The notes under the pieces: model-generated
What the model saw: only the letters and a program-made list of their open reading frames with translations
Database searches by the model: none
What the model was told of the DNA's origin: nothing
Position numbers and translations under genes: made by a program
Source: Patescibacteria group bacterium
GTDB lineage: Bacteria > Patescibacteriota > Patescibacteriia > UBA1558 > GWA2-36-10
Direction of reading: 5' to 3'
Assembly: GCA_041665505.1 (NCBI GenBank)
Contig: JBAYIR010000007.1
Span: forward strand, 1 to 55,716
Length of the DNA stretch: 55,716 nucleotides
In this document: positions 36,733 to 45,492 of the stretch, piece by piece
Layout: each line of letters begins with the position of its first letter
Numbering within the stretch: the stretch's first letter is position 1

Positions 36733-39237
36733 ATGGAGGAAAATATAATCATCAAAGGGGCTAGGGTGCACAATCTTAAAAATATAAACTTGACTATCCC
36801 ACACAATAAGCTAGTGGTAATAACTGGCGTCAGTGGTAGTGGTAAGTCTTCTTTGGCTTTTGATACTATTTTTGCCGAAGGCCAACGTCGCTATATTGAA
36901 TCATTATCTCCTTATGCTCGGCAGTTTTTGGGTCAAATGAAGCCAGCTGATGTCGATGAAATAATTGGCTTAGCGCCAGCTATTTCTATTGATCAAAAAG
37001 CTTTGAGTCATAACCCTAGATCAACAGTCGGTACACTGACGGAAATTTATGATTATCTCAGAGTACTCTATGCTCGTTTGGGTGAAGTATTTTGTCCGGT
37101 CTGTGGAGCTAAAATAGAAAAATTGGCAGTGGATCAGATGGTAGATATCATTGAAGTCTCAGCCAAGGAAAATAAACAAGAATATGTGACTATACTCTCA
37201 CCAGTAGTTAGAGGTCGCAAAGGAGAATATTATCAGTTGCTCTATGATTATTTAGCCTTAGGTTATAGTCAGGCGCGAGTAGATGGTAAATTACATAATT
37301 TGCATGACAAAATAAAATTAGCTCGTTATAGCAAACACGATATAGATATCATTGTAGATAAAGTGATGCTCAGTGATAAAAGTCGCTTGAGTGAAGCTAT
37401 AGAAAATGCTTTGGATTATAGTCAAGGTATAGTGATTGTGCTTTTTGATGGCATGACTAAAGCCAAAGAATTTTTACTTTCTTCTCAGTGGACTTGTGCC
37501 AATGATAATTTTGCTTTTCCAGAGTTGGAGCCAAGATTATTTTCATTTAATAGTCCTCATGGTGCTTGTCCGACTTGCCACGGTCTAGGTATGGAAAGCT
37601 GGGACGATCAAGGTGACTGTCCGACTTGTCAGGGTAAGCGGCTGCGTATTGAAGCCTTGTCAGTAAAAATTAATAAAAAAAATATTCAAGAGATTAGCTC
37701 CATGCCAATTAATGAAGCCAATCGTTTTTTTGAAAATTATTTTGAAAAAATGCCAAACAAAGATAGAGCTGTAGCTGAACCAGTAGTTTTGGAAATAATT
37801 TCCCGTTTGGAATTTTTGCTCAAAGTAGGTTTAAATTATTTAACTCTAGATAGAAGATCTCATACTTTGTCTGGCGGTGAAGCTCAGCGCATTAGACTGT
37901 CTTCTCAAATTGGTTCGCATCTTTCTCGTACCTTGTATGTCTTGGATGAGCCAACTATCGGACTACACGAAAGAGATACTGAGCGTTTGATAGAAACTTT
38001 ACAATCACTCAAAAGTAAAAATAATAGTGTGGTGGTAGTAGAACATGATGAACAGGTAATATTGGATTCAGATTATTTAGTAGACCTCGGTCCTTTGGCC
38101 GGAGTCCATGGCGGGGAAATAGTCATTGCTGGTGAGACCAAAAAAATATTAATCAAAGCCAATGCCAAAAAATCTTTAACAGTGGATTATCTAGTAGGTG
38201 ATAGGCGGATACATATTCCTAAAAGGCGAGATAAACAAAGAGAAGAATTAAAATTGATTGGGGCTCGGGCCAACAATTTGAAAAATTTACAAGTCAGTAT
38301 TCCACTGCGAAAGCTAGTTGGTATCAGTGGTGTATCTGGTAGTGGTAAATCAACCTTACTCTATGATGTTTTATACAAAAATCTTAGTGCTATCAAAGCT
38401 CGTCCGGGTAAATTTAAATTGCAAGATGTCACCAAAATTGAGGGTAGTGAATATATCAGTAAAGTCATAGTGATAGATCAGTCACCAATTGGTCGCACCC
38501 CGCGGTCTAATCCAGCTACTTATACTGGTATTTTTACCCCGATTAGAGATTTTTTTGCCCTCTTACCAGAATCCAGAGAAAGAGCTTATACTTTGTCTAG
38601 ATTCTCTTTCAATCGGCCAGGGGGACGTTGTGAGGCTTGTGATGGAGCTGGCGCCAAACTGATTGAAATGCATTTTTTGCCAGCAGTCTATGTGGAGTGT
38701 GATGTTTGCCGTGGGCAGAGATTCAATCGTGAGACTTTGCAAGTCAAATACAAAGGCAAAAATATCGCCGAAGTTTTGAAATTGACTATTGAAGAGGCCT
38801 TAGATTATTTTGATGGGCACTATCACATCACTGACAAATTAAAGGTGCTACAAGAAGTCGGTCTGGGTTATCTACAATTAGGTCAAAGTGCTACTACTTT
38901 ATCTGGTGGTGAAGCCCAACGAATCAAACTAGCACGGGAGTTGACTCATACTTTGGGCAAGCGCTCACTCTATCTTTTGGATGAGCCAACAGTTGGTTTA
39001 CATTATCATGATATTGAATTGCTACTTCAAGTACTCAACAAGTTGGTAGATAAAGGCAACTCAGTCTTAGTGATTGAGCATAATCTGCATATGCTCAAGT
39101 CTATGGATTATTTGATAGATTTGGGTCCAGAAGGCGGACAAGCTGGAGGAAAAATTGTCGCTAAAGGCACACCAGAAGAATTGGCTCAAAATGAAAAATC
39201 ATTGACTGGGTATTATCTTAAAAAACAATTAAAATAA
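36733..39237 (+). CDS. uvrA: excinuclease ABC subunit A
   Basis: Two ABC modules (GVSGSGKSS, GVSGSGKST) and zinc modules. I chose the ATG at 36733 (MEENIIIKGARVHNLKNI). An alternative in-frame ATG at 36706 overlaps uvrB. Confidence 0.95.
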   Translation: MEENIIIKGARVHNLKNINLTIPHNKLVVITGVSGSGKSSLAFDTIFAEGQRRYIESLSPYARQFLGQMKPADVDEIIGLAPAISIDQKALSHNPRSTVGTLTEIYDYLRVLYARLGEVFCPVCGAKIEKLAVDQMVDIIEVSAKENKQEYVTILSPVVRGRKGEYYQLLYDYLALGYSQARVDGKLHNLHDKIKLARYSKHDIDIIVDKVMLSDKSRLSEAIENALDYSQGIVIVLFDGMTKAKEFLLSSQWTCANDNFAFPELEPRLFSFNSPHGACPTCHGLGMESWDDQGDCPTCQGKRLRIEALSVKINKKNIQEISSMPINEANRFFENYFEKMPNKDRAVAEPVVLEIISRLEFLLKVGLNYLTLDRRSHTLSGGEAQRIRLSSQIGSHLSRTLYVLDEPTIGLHERDTERLIETLQSLKSKNNSVVVVEHDEQVILDSDYLVDLGPLAGVHGGEIVIAGETKKILIKANAKKSLTVDYLVGDRRIHIPKRRDKQREELKLIGARANNLKNLQVSIPLRKLVGISGVSGSGKSTLLYDVLYKNLSAIKARPGKFKLQDVTKIEGSEYISKVIVIDQSPIGRTPRSNPATYTGIFTPIRDFFALLPESRERAYTLSRFSFNRPGGRCEACDGAGAKLIEMHFLPAVYVECDVCRGQRFNRETLQVKYKGKNIAEVLKLTIEEALDYFDGHYHITDKLKVLQEVGLGYLQLGQSATTLSGGEAQRIKLARELTHTLGKRSLYLLDEPTVGLHYHDIELLLQVLNKLVDKGNSVLVIEHNLHMLKSMDYLIDLGPEGGQAGGKIVAKGTPEELAQNEKSLTGYYLKKQLK

Positions 39238-40388
39238 TGGCTTTAAAAGATAAAATAAAAAATATTCCAGACCAACCTGGTGTTTATAGGTTTTTGGACA
39301 AAACAGGGGAGATTCTTTATATTGGTCGCGCTAGCTCGTTAAAGAAAAGATTGTCTCAATATTTTTTGAAAAATGTTGAAGCCAGAATAGCCGAGATGGT
39401 CTCTCAGGCTAGAGATATAAAATATCAAGAAACAGACACTATACTAGATAGTGTAGTTTTGGAAGCCAATCTAATAAAAAAACACTGGCCAAAATATAAT
39501 GTCAAAGATAAAGATAATCGTTCTTTTATTTATATTGTCATAGCCAAAACAGCTTTTGCCAAACCAATTATAGTCCGTGGTCGTGATTTGCAAAAATTTC
39601 CCAAAAATCAAGTGAATATTTTTGGTCCTTACCAAGCTCAAGCTTTGATAAAAAATGCTTTGCGTATTATCAGACGTATTTTCCCTTATAGCACCTGCCA
39701 AGTTTCATCTGGCCGACCTTGTTTTGATTATCAAGTGGGTCTTTGCCCAGGCGCTTGTGTAGATAAAATCAGTAAAAAAGATTATCAAAATAATATCAAA
39801 AATATTGGTTTATTACTGAGTGGCAAAAAAAAGCAATTGTTAAAAAAATTGCTAGTTGAAAATCCAGAGCAGGCGCGCAGCTTGAAGCATTTGCAGGATG
39901 TCTCACTTATTACCAATGAAGATTCTGTCTTGGGAGGTATCAATAGAATAGAGGGTTATGATATTTCTCATTTAGCTGGTAAAGAAAGTTATGGTGCCAT
40001 GGTAGTTTTTTCCGCTGGCGCGCCGGATAAAGCACAGTATCGTCTTTTCAAAATAAAAGAAGCACCCGCTAGTGATGATTTGCGTGCACTAGTAGAAGTA
40101 TTGTCTCGTCGTTTAAAACATAGCGAGTGGGCTAGGCCAGATCTGATGATGATAGATGGTGGCAAAGCGCAAATTGATTTTATAGATAAATATTTTAAAG
40201 CTAATAATATAAATATTCCGATTGTCGGCATCTCAAAATATAGTGGAGATAAGTTGATCTTCCCTCAGACTACAGCTAAACAGTTCAAAGATTTATCAAC
40301 CAGTATTAAAAATACCTTACTGAAAGTAAGGGATGAAGCGCATCGTTTTGGCAATGCGGCTGGTCGTAGAAAAAGAAGTAAATATTAA
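39237..40388 (+). CDS. uvrC: excinuclease ABC subunit C, short form (383 aa, no C-terminal HhH region)
   Basis: GIY-YIG N-terminus (GVYRF..GEILYIGRA), UVR-like segment, and IEGYDISH...MIDGGKAQ. It ends at ...RDEAHRFGNAAGRRKRSKY. Confidence 0.85.
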   Translation: MALKDKIKNIPDQPGVYRFLDKTGEILYIGRASSLKKRLSQYFLKNVEARIAEMVSQARDIKYQETDTILDSVVLEANLIKKHWPKYNVKDKDNRSFIYIVIAKTAFAKPIIVRGRDLQKFPKNQVNIFGPYQAQALIKNALRIIRRIFPYSTCQVSSGRPCFDYQVGLCPGACVDKISKKDYQNNIKNIGLLLSGKKKQLLKKLLVENPEQARSLKHLQDVSLITNEDSVLGGINRIEGYDISHLAGKESYGAMVVFSAGAPDKAQYRLFKIKEAPASDDLRALVEVLSRRLKHSEWARPDLMMIDGGKAQIDFIDKYFKANNINIPIVGISKYSGDKLIFPQTTAKQFKDLSTSIKNTLLKVRDEAHRFGNAAGRRKRSKY

Positions 40389-40404
40389 TTTTTTTAAAAT
40401 TTGA

Positions 40405-40435
40405 GACCCCGCCACGTTTCTGACGTGGCGGGGTC
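40405..40435. terminator. GC hairpin shared by the convergent uvrC and island D gene
   Basis: gaccccgccacg / cgtggcggggtc, starting 16 nt after the uvrC stop and ending 22 nt after the D1 stop. Confidence 0.65.
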
Positions 40436-40457
40436 CTTGCTTCTGGCTCAGCTGAGC

Positions 40458-40880
40458 CTAGGGATTGGCCGTGGTGGCCGGCTCGGGCCAGACGTGGTAG
40501 CCCAGCTTGAGGCCATCGGGGCCAGCGATCTCGGTCCGGGTCCGGATGGCATTCATGTTGAACACCAGACGACCGTAGATGGTCCGCTGATCTCCCTTGG
40601 GCAGGGCGTTGATCAGGGCACAGGCGTAGGACCAGCGCCGGGCGCTCTCGTGGTCGTGATGGCGTTCCTTGCGCAGACTGCGCAGGGCATCGGTGATGCC
40701 GAAGATATCACCCAGAGCGAGTTCTTCGGACTTGAACCAAGGCTGGTTCAGGATGGTGTGACCCAAGAGGGCCGCACCTTCCTCGTCATCAGGCATGACG
40801 ACAGCCATGTCCTCGAACGGAACGCCGAGGAAGGCGAAGAGGTCCTGGTAGTGATCGATCTTGGCAGCGGGGTGCTTCAT
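40458..40880 (-). CDS. island ORF D1: hypothetical protein (140 aa)
   Basis: SD AGGAG 9 nt upstream, with its own promoter and terminator. Confidence 0.6.
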   Translation of the reverse strand: MKHPAAKIDHYQDLFAFLGVPFEDMAVVMPDDEEGAALLGHTILNQPWFKSEELALGDIFGITDALRSLRKERHHDHESARRWSYACALINALPKGDQRTIYGRLVFNMNAIRTRTEIAGPDGLKLGYHVWPEPATTANP

Positions 40881-41009
40881 GTCAGTTAACTCCTGGCTCT
40901 AGCTTTTGTTTTTTTGCTAGTATTTTTCAACTAGCGCTCCTCCTTGAATCCGACGAATCCTTTCACGGTCTAGGGTGAATGGTGATGGGGGTGAACATAG
41001 AATTAATAT

Positions 41010-41037
41010 AATATAGAACAAAATCACTTTTTTGTCA
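41010..41037 (-). promoter_or_regulatory. promoter of D1
   Basis: On the minus strand: TTGACA, 16-nt spacer, TATATT. Confidence 0.55.
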
Positions 41038-41115
41038 AGCAGATAATTATAGAAAAATTACTGCTATTTTTAATTTTATTAATTTAATCTTAAATTTATG
41101 CTATAATTTATATCT

Positions 41116-41847
41116 ATGAAAAAGAATATAATTTTTATTTTATTTTTATTAGTTTGGCCATTAGTTTCTTTGGCTGAGGATTTAGATACTGATGCTGACG
41201 GCTTGAGTGATGAAAAGGAAATTAATATCTATTTTACCAAGTATGACCAAGCTGATACAGATGCTGATGGCTACAATGATGGCGTGGAAATAAAGGCTGG
41301 TTTTTCTCCACACTATGGAGAAGCTAAAAAACTCATTCAAGTAGATTCAGATAAAGATTATTTAAATGACAAATGGGAGCTAGTGCTTGGCACTGGTTTG
41401 ATGAATCCCGATAGTGATGGAGATTTGTATTTAGACGGCACAGAAGTAGCTGCTAGCTATGATCCTTTGGATAAAGAAACAAAAAAATTAGAAAAAATAA
41501 TAAAAGTAGACATTGCCAAACAAAATTTGTCTTATTATTTTGATAATAAGCTTTTTGATTCTTTCCCAATATCTAGTGGTGTCAGTGGTATGAATACACC
41601 AGAAGGAGAATTCAAAATATTAGACAAAGTGCCAGTCAAACACTATGGTGGTGGAAATTATGATTACCCCAATACTAAGTGGAATTTACACTTTACTACT
41701 CGCACTTACCGTTATTATATCCACGGAGCTTATTGGCACAACAATTTTGGTCACCCTATGAGTCATGGTTGTGTCAATGTGGCTTATGAAAATATGGAGC
41801 ATCTTTATTGGTGGGCTCAGTATGATACCAAAGTAATAATAGATTAA
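41116..41847 (+). CDS. L,D-transpeptidase (YkuD domain) with thrombospondin-type-3-like Ca-binding repeats
   Basis: Signal peptide, DTDADGLSDEKE / DTDADGYNDGVE repeats and the catalytic motif HG...SHGCVN. Confidence 0.85.
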   Translation: MKKNIIFILFLLVWPLVSLAEDLDTDADGLSDEKEINIYFTKYDQADTDADGYNDGVEIKAGFSPHYGEAKKLIQVDSDKDYLNDKWELVLGTGLMNPDSDGDLYLDGTEVAASYDPLDKETKKLEKIIKVDIAKQNLSYYFDNKLFDSFPISSGVSGMNTPEGEFKILDKVPVKHYGGGNYDYPNTKWNLHFTTRTYRYYIHGAYWHNNFGHPMSHGCVNVAYENMEHLYWWAQYDTKVIID

Positions 41848-41897
41848 TTATTGTTGAATAAAAAAATCTCCTTTTTAGGAGGTTTTTTTGTTTGGTG

Positions 41898-42206
41898 TTA
41901 TTTTTTTATTCGTAGTGGCAGGCTCACTTGCTGGCCAAATAAATTTTGGGCGGCTTTTTTGCCACGAGCAGTCAATTTGATTTGAGTAATAAATAATTTA
42001 TATTGAGTTTTTTCACCAAAGCCAGTCAGGAGGCCTTTGTCGATTAATCTTTCTATGCTTTTGGTGATTATATTGGCTCGTATTTTTGTGGAAGGAGGAT
42101 TCTTTTTATTATCATAGAATTTTTCAAAAATATTTCTAGACAACTTAGCTTTGTTATTTTGCAAAGTAGTTTTTAAAATATATTTTTGTAATTCTGATAA
42201 GTTCAT
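41898..42206 (-). CDS. hypothetical small basic protein, winged-helix-like
   Basis: 102 aa and basic. No firm motif. Confidence 0.4.
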   Translation of the reverse strand: MNLSELQKYILKTTLQNNKAKLSRNIFEKFYDNKKNPPSTKIRANIITKSIERLIDKGLLTGFGEKTQYKLFITQIKLTARGKKAAQNLFGQQVSLPLRIKK

Positions 42207-42219
42207 AATTATTTCATTA

Positions 42220-42447
42220 TTATACCAGGGCTGTTTTTTTTAGCTTTTGACCAAAATCACTCTTGTTCCAAAGCCTCTCGTGTAGGTAATACAATATAGC
42301 TTTGATTATTTGTAATATTATAGCTTCTAGCAAACTAGTTTTCCAGTCTTTATTTAATATAGTGAGGGTTATAAAAGTCAAAGATAGGGCCAAAATAAAC
42401 CAAGTGCTTGATTTTAAAATACTACGAGAATGGAGTTCATGAAACAT
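42220..42447 (-). CDS. DUF2061-like small membrane protein
   Basis: RSILKSSTW...LHERLWNK pattern. Confidence 0.45.
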   Translation of the reverse strand: MFHELHSRSILKSSTWFILALSLTFITLTILNKDWKTSLLEAIILQIIKAILYYLHERLWNKSDFGQKLKKTALV

Positions 42448-42467
42448 ATTTTTTTATTTAATAGCTA

Positions 42468-42477
42468 GGGGGGGGGG
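42468..42477. repeat. homopolymeric G10 (C10 on the coding strand) tract
   Basis: Ten consecutive G residues, 21-30 nt upstream of the ATG at 42447 on the minus strand. Confidence 0.9.
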
Positions 42478-42508
42478 ATATTTAAAAGCGATAATAGATG
42501 TATAAATT

Positions 42509-42721
42509 TTATACTAGTTTATTTATGGTGTAGTGTGTCAGGCTGATAATAGCAGCGCCTACTATTATTGATAAACTAAAACTCAAGGGTGGATTATTAG
42601 GACTTAGATAAATATCTAATAGTCCCCAAATGCCACGCCATAAACAGACCACTCCAATTAAAATTACAAAACTAAAAAATAATTGGTGATGTTTTTTTAA
42701 ATTTGCAAGTTTTTTGATCAT
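42509..42721 (-). CDS. hypothetical 2-TM membrane protein
   Basis: 70 aa with two hydrophobic helices. Confidence 0.4.
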   Translation of the reverse strand: MIKKLANLKKHHQLFFSFVILIGVVCLWRGIWGLLDIYLSPNNPPLSFSLSIIVGAAIISLTHYTINKLV

Positions 42722-42810
42722 AATCTTTTATTTCCAGTACTTATATTATAGGGGTATTTGCCATTTTTAGCAAAATAGATTATAATAATTTTACTTTAAA
42801 ATTGAATAAT

Positions 42811-42973
42811 TTATCAAGAGAGCGGGGAGAGAATTGGCTCTATAATCCGCCAGCAACCCACTTACGCATCGCTTTTAGCGAGGAGCGAAGTAGGGTGCTA
42901 AGTCCAACCCTTAATTAAGGCAGGGAAAGATGATAAAATCATTATTACTTTCTCTGTTCGGGAAAGTTTTTTT
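42811..42973 (+). promoter_or_regulatory. SAM-I (S-box) riboswitch with terminator
   Basis: TTATCAAGAGAG..GGGGAGAGAATTGGCTCTATAATCCGCCAGCAACC...GGTGCTAAGTCCA...GAAAGATGATAA, then stem actttc/gaaagt plus T7 (42947-42973). It lies directly upstream of metK. Confidence 0.85.
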
Positions 42974-42997
42974 ATTAATTAATCATAATAAAAATAT

Positions 42998-44008
42998 ATG
43001 TTAAAAACTGCAGAAAATGTAACTTTTGGTCATCCAGACAAAGTTTGTGATCAGATCTCGGATGCTATTTTAGATGAGTGTTTACGTCAAGATCCAAATA
43101 CCAGAGCTGGTATTGAAGTAGTAGGTGGGCATGGTCAATTATTTATTACCGGTGAGGTGAGTACCAAGGCTGATTTTGATGCTGCTCAAATAGCTAGAGA
43201 TTTATATAAAGAAATTGGTTATCAGGAAGAATTAAAAATAATGGTCAATATTGTCAGACAAAGTCCGGATATTGCTAGAGGAGTAGATACTGGTGGAGCT
43301 GGTGATCAAGGTATTATGGTTGGCTATGCTACTAGTGAGACTGAAGAATTATTACCTCGTGAGCATGTTTTGGCCAATAAGTTGGCTAGAAAATTGGAAG
43401 AAGTCAGACTTAAAGGCGAAACTGATTTAGCCAAAGTACTAATGCCAGATGGCAAATCTCAAGTTACTTTGGATAATGGTACTGTAGATACAGTAGTAGT
43501 CTCTACTCAACACAAAGAGGGCGTTGATCAAAATCAACTGAGAGAATGGATCATCAGTGAAGTGGTTAAACCTATCATACCTGAGTATAAAAAGATATTT
43601 ATTAACCCCACTGGCTCTTTTGTCCAGGGTGGCTTTGAGGCAGATGCTGGATTAACTGGTCGGAAAATAATTGTGGATAACTATGGTCCACAAATACCAG
43701 TGGGTGGTGGTTGCTACAGTGGTAAAGATGCTACCAAAGTTGACCGTTCAGCTGCTTTTATGGCTCGTTATTTAGCGGTAAAATATCTTAAGGAATATAA
43801 TGCCAAAGAAGTATTGGTTAAATTAGCCTATGCTATTGGTGAACCACAACCAGTCATGGCTACAGCCTTAGTTGACGGACAATCCGTTGAAATTAAAGGT
43901 TATGATTTGTCTCCAAAAGGTATTATTGACAAACTTAATTTGAGAAAACCACAATATAGAGATAGAGCTAGGTATGGTTATTTTGTTGCTTTTGATGTTA
44001 AAGAATAA
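42998..44008 (+). CDS. metK: S-adenosylmethionine synthetase (compact, 336 aa)
   Basis: GHPDKVCDQISDAILD, GAGDQGIM and GGGCYSGKDATKVDRS motifs. Confidence 0.9.
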   Translation: MLKTAENVTFGHPDKVCDQISDAILDECLRQDPNTRAGIEVVGGHGQLFITGEVSTKADFDAAQIARDLYKEIGYQEELKIMVNIVRQSPDIARGVDTGGAGDQGIMVGYATSETEELLPREHVLANKLARKLEEVRLKGETDLAKVLMPDGKSQVTLDNGTVDTVVVSTQHKEGVDQNQLREWIISEVVKPIIPEYKKIFINPTGSFVQGGFEADAGLTGRKIIVDNYGPQIPVGGGCYSGKDATKVDRSAAFMARYLAVKYLKEYNAKEVLVKLAYAIGEPQPVMATALVDGQSVEIKGYDLSPKGIIDKLNLRKPQYRDRARYGYFVAFDVKE

Positions 44009-44012
44009 GTCC

Positions 44013-44041
44013 TTGACTAATACTAAGCGCATTGATATTAT
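44013..44041 (+). promoter_or_regulatory. island E cassette 1 promoter
   Basis: TTGACT, 17-nt spacer, TATTAT with TGn. Confidence 0.6.
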
Positions 44042-44050
44042 AAATATAAT

Positions 44051-44119
44051 ATGAATAAACAGATAGAACAATCAAATTTTTTAAAGGTTTATTTTATTAT
44101 TGGTCGTTTGACGACTTAG
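44051..44119 (+). CDS. leader mini-ORF 1 (22 codons)
   Basis: The ATG lies 9 nt after the -10 box. Encodes MNKQIEQSNFLKVYFIIGRLTT. The TAG stop sits just 3' of hairpin gtcgt/acgac, which is followed by a T-run. Confidence 0.35.
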   Translation: MNKQIEQSNFLKVYFIIGRLTT

Positions 44120-44154
44120 TTTTTGCGTATATTTTATAATATAAACAAAGATTA

Positions 44155-44178
44155 GGTCGCCTCAAGCGACCTTTTTTT
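44155..44178 (+). terminator. leader terminator 1
   Basis: Stem ggtcgc/gcgacc followed by T7. Confidence 0.65.
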
Positions 44179-44239
44179 GATGGAGTTCATTACACACGCC
44201 AAGCCAAGTCAAAACTAGCCTTTAGGAAAGGGGTCTGAA

Positions 44240-44431
44240 ATGGTCAGATTTCGACATCCTAGTGGCACCGGATTCATAGATGTCTGTTACTGTCGCCCCT
44301 GTTTGAATTGTGATTACGATCACTGTCTGCATCGTCAAGATGCTGACGCTTCTCTCAAGGAAGAACAGCCAGACACGAAAAATGTCTTAGACAAGGAAGG
44401 AGGAAATCCAACAGAAGCGGATCTTCACTAG
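44240..44431 (+). CDS. island ORF E1: Cys-rich small protein (63 aa)
   Basis: SD AGGAAAGGGG. Motif CYCRPCLNCDYDHC. Confidence 0.55.
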   Translation: MVRFRHPSGTGFIDVCYCRPCLNCDYDHCLHRQDADASLKEEQPDTKNVLDKEGGNPTEADLH

Positions 44432-44461
44432 TGGGGAAAACAAAACCAAGGATGGTTAGCC

Positions 44462-44683
44462 ATGCAGCAAGTTAGTTCTGTGATCTCAGGAAAAGACTGC
44501 TGTGCCTGTGTTGGCCCGGCTTCCCGTGACCATGGTCATGATATCTTTTCCTGCGAAAACCACGAATGCGTGGTGGTGGCTCAGACCGTGGCTAATAGGT
44601 TTGTGGCTTCTCTGCGCGGAGACATGCAGAGCGAGTTGGCTCTTGATCTGGATCAGTTTCCTGATATCGGCCGTAGGCTTTAG
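44462..44683 (+). CDS. island ORF E2: Cys-rich small protein (73 aa)
   Basis: SD AAGGATGG. Motifs DCCAC and SCENHEC. Confidence 0.55.
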   Translation: MQQVSSVISGKDCCACVGPASRDHGHDIFSCENHECVVVAQTVANRFVASLRGDMQSELALDLDQFPDIGRRL

Positions 44684-44708
44684 GCTTTTCGGCTGTCGGC
44701 ATTGGTTA

Positions 44709-44740
44709 GTCGCGGACATTCCTTCGGGAATGTCCGCGAC
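44709..44740 (+). terminator. 14-bp GC hairpin with UUCG loop ending cassette 1
   Basis: gtcgcggacattcc ttcg ggaatgtccgcgac. The T-tail is weak. Confidence 0.5.
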
Positions 44741-44756
44741 CTCAAATTCATATAGT

Positions 44757-44784
44757 TTGACTAATTTTTGAAAAATGATAATAT
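44757..44784 (+). promoter_or_regulatory. island E cassette 2 promoter
   Basis: TTGACT, 16-nt spacer, TAATAT with TGn. Confidence 0.6.
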
Positions 44785-44791
44785 ATTTAAT

Positions 44792-44866
44792 ATGCAAGAT
44801 ATAAACAGACAATTGAATCAAAATTATTTTGGTTTTTACTTTTTCTTTAGTCGTCAGGCGACTTAG
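44792..44866 (+). CDS. leader mini-ORF 2 (24 codons)
   Basis: The ATG lies 7 nt after the -10 box, so the mRNA is probably leaderless. Encodes MQDINRQLNQNYFGFYFFFSRQAT. The TAG stop sits just 3' of hairpin agtcg/cgact, which is followed by a T-run. Confidence 0.35.
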   Translation: MQDINRQLNQNYFGFYFFFSRQAT

Positions 44867-44910
44867 TTTTTTGCATATATATTTATTAAAATAAATTGAG
44901 CATAGAAGCA

Positions 44911-44936
44911 AGTCGCCAAGCAGGCGGCTTTTTTTG
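44911..44936 (+). terminator. leader terminator 2
   Basis: Stem agtcgcc/ggcggct followed by T7. Confidence 0.65.
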
Positions 44937-45009
44937 ATAGTTCTTTCCATCTTTTCTTTCTGGATTCTTCTCTTGGTGTCAGCGTTCACCTACAAACGGA
45001 GGAAATCTC

Positions 45010-45144
45010 ATGAAGCACAAGCCAGACCTTAAGACCAGAGACCAAGCAGCTGGCCAGACCAAGCCTTCCAAAGAGGCTATAGCAGAGTTTGCCCGTCTGG
45101 TGGCCGAGCAACTGGCTAGCAGCCGGCATGGCTGCGGCATGTGA
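45010..45144 (+). CDS. island ORF E3: small protein (44 aa, not in ORF track)
   Basis: SD GGAGGA 7 nt upstream. Encodes MKHKPDLKTRDQAAGQTKPSKEAIAEFARLVAEQLASSRHGCGM. Confidence 0.5.
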   Translation: MKHKPDLKTRDQAAGQTKPSKEAIAEFARLVAEQLASSRHGCGM

Positions 45145-45169
45145 GTCTAACCAGACATCAATCGGGGGT

Positions 45170-45201
45170 GTGCCCGCAACATTAGCTAATGTTGCGGGCA
45201 C
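45170..45201 (+). terminator. 14-bp GC hairpin ending cassette 2
   Basis: gtgcccgcaacatt agct aatgttgcgggcac. Confidence 0.55.
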
Positions 45202-45207
45202 TTCTAT

Positions 45208-45236
45208 TTGACAGTCAAAATTTTTTATGATATTAT
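45208..45236 (+). promoter_or_regulatory. island E cassette 3 promoter
   Basis: TTGACA, 17-nt spacer, TATTAT with TGn. Confidence 0.6.
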
Positions 45237-45255
45237 TTTTTTATAAAAATTCAAT

Positions 45256-45306
45256 ATGTTTAGGAGTTTAATTATCATTATCAGCATTATTTTGTTAACG
45301 CCCTAG
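45256..45306 (+). CDS. leader mini-ORF 3 (16 codons)
   Basis: Encodes MFRSLIIIISIILLTP. The TAG stop lies inside hairpin cgcc/ggcg, which is followed by a T-run. Confidence 0.3.
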   Translation: MFRSLIIIISIILLTP

Positions 45307-45359
45307 GCGATCAGATTTTTGTTGCTAGTAATAATTTAACTTCCAAACATCAAAAATGA

Positions 45360-45388
45360 ATCGCCCAGCTGGCGGTTTTTCTTTTTTG
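45360..45388 (+). terminator. leader terminator 3
   Basis: Stem atcgcc/ggcggt followed by a ttttcttttttgg tail. Confidence 0.6.
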
Positions 45389-45492
45389 GAGAAAGTACAT
45401 TATCAATTCTATGCTTGTTTGACTGGAATTTCAGTTTCTGGGTCTAGCCTGAGAGTGAGTGTCGTCTACACCAGCACAAGGAGGCTTTCCTG

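Noticed and set aside
40401-40889. 162-aa plus-strand ORF in island D
   Set aside because: It begins inside the terminator hairpin, has no SD, and is antisense to D1, which has promoter, SD and terminator.
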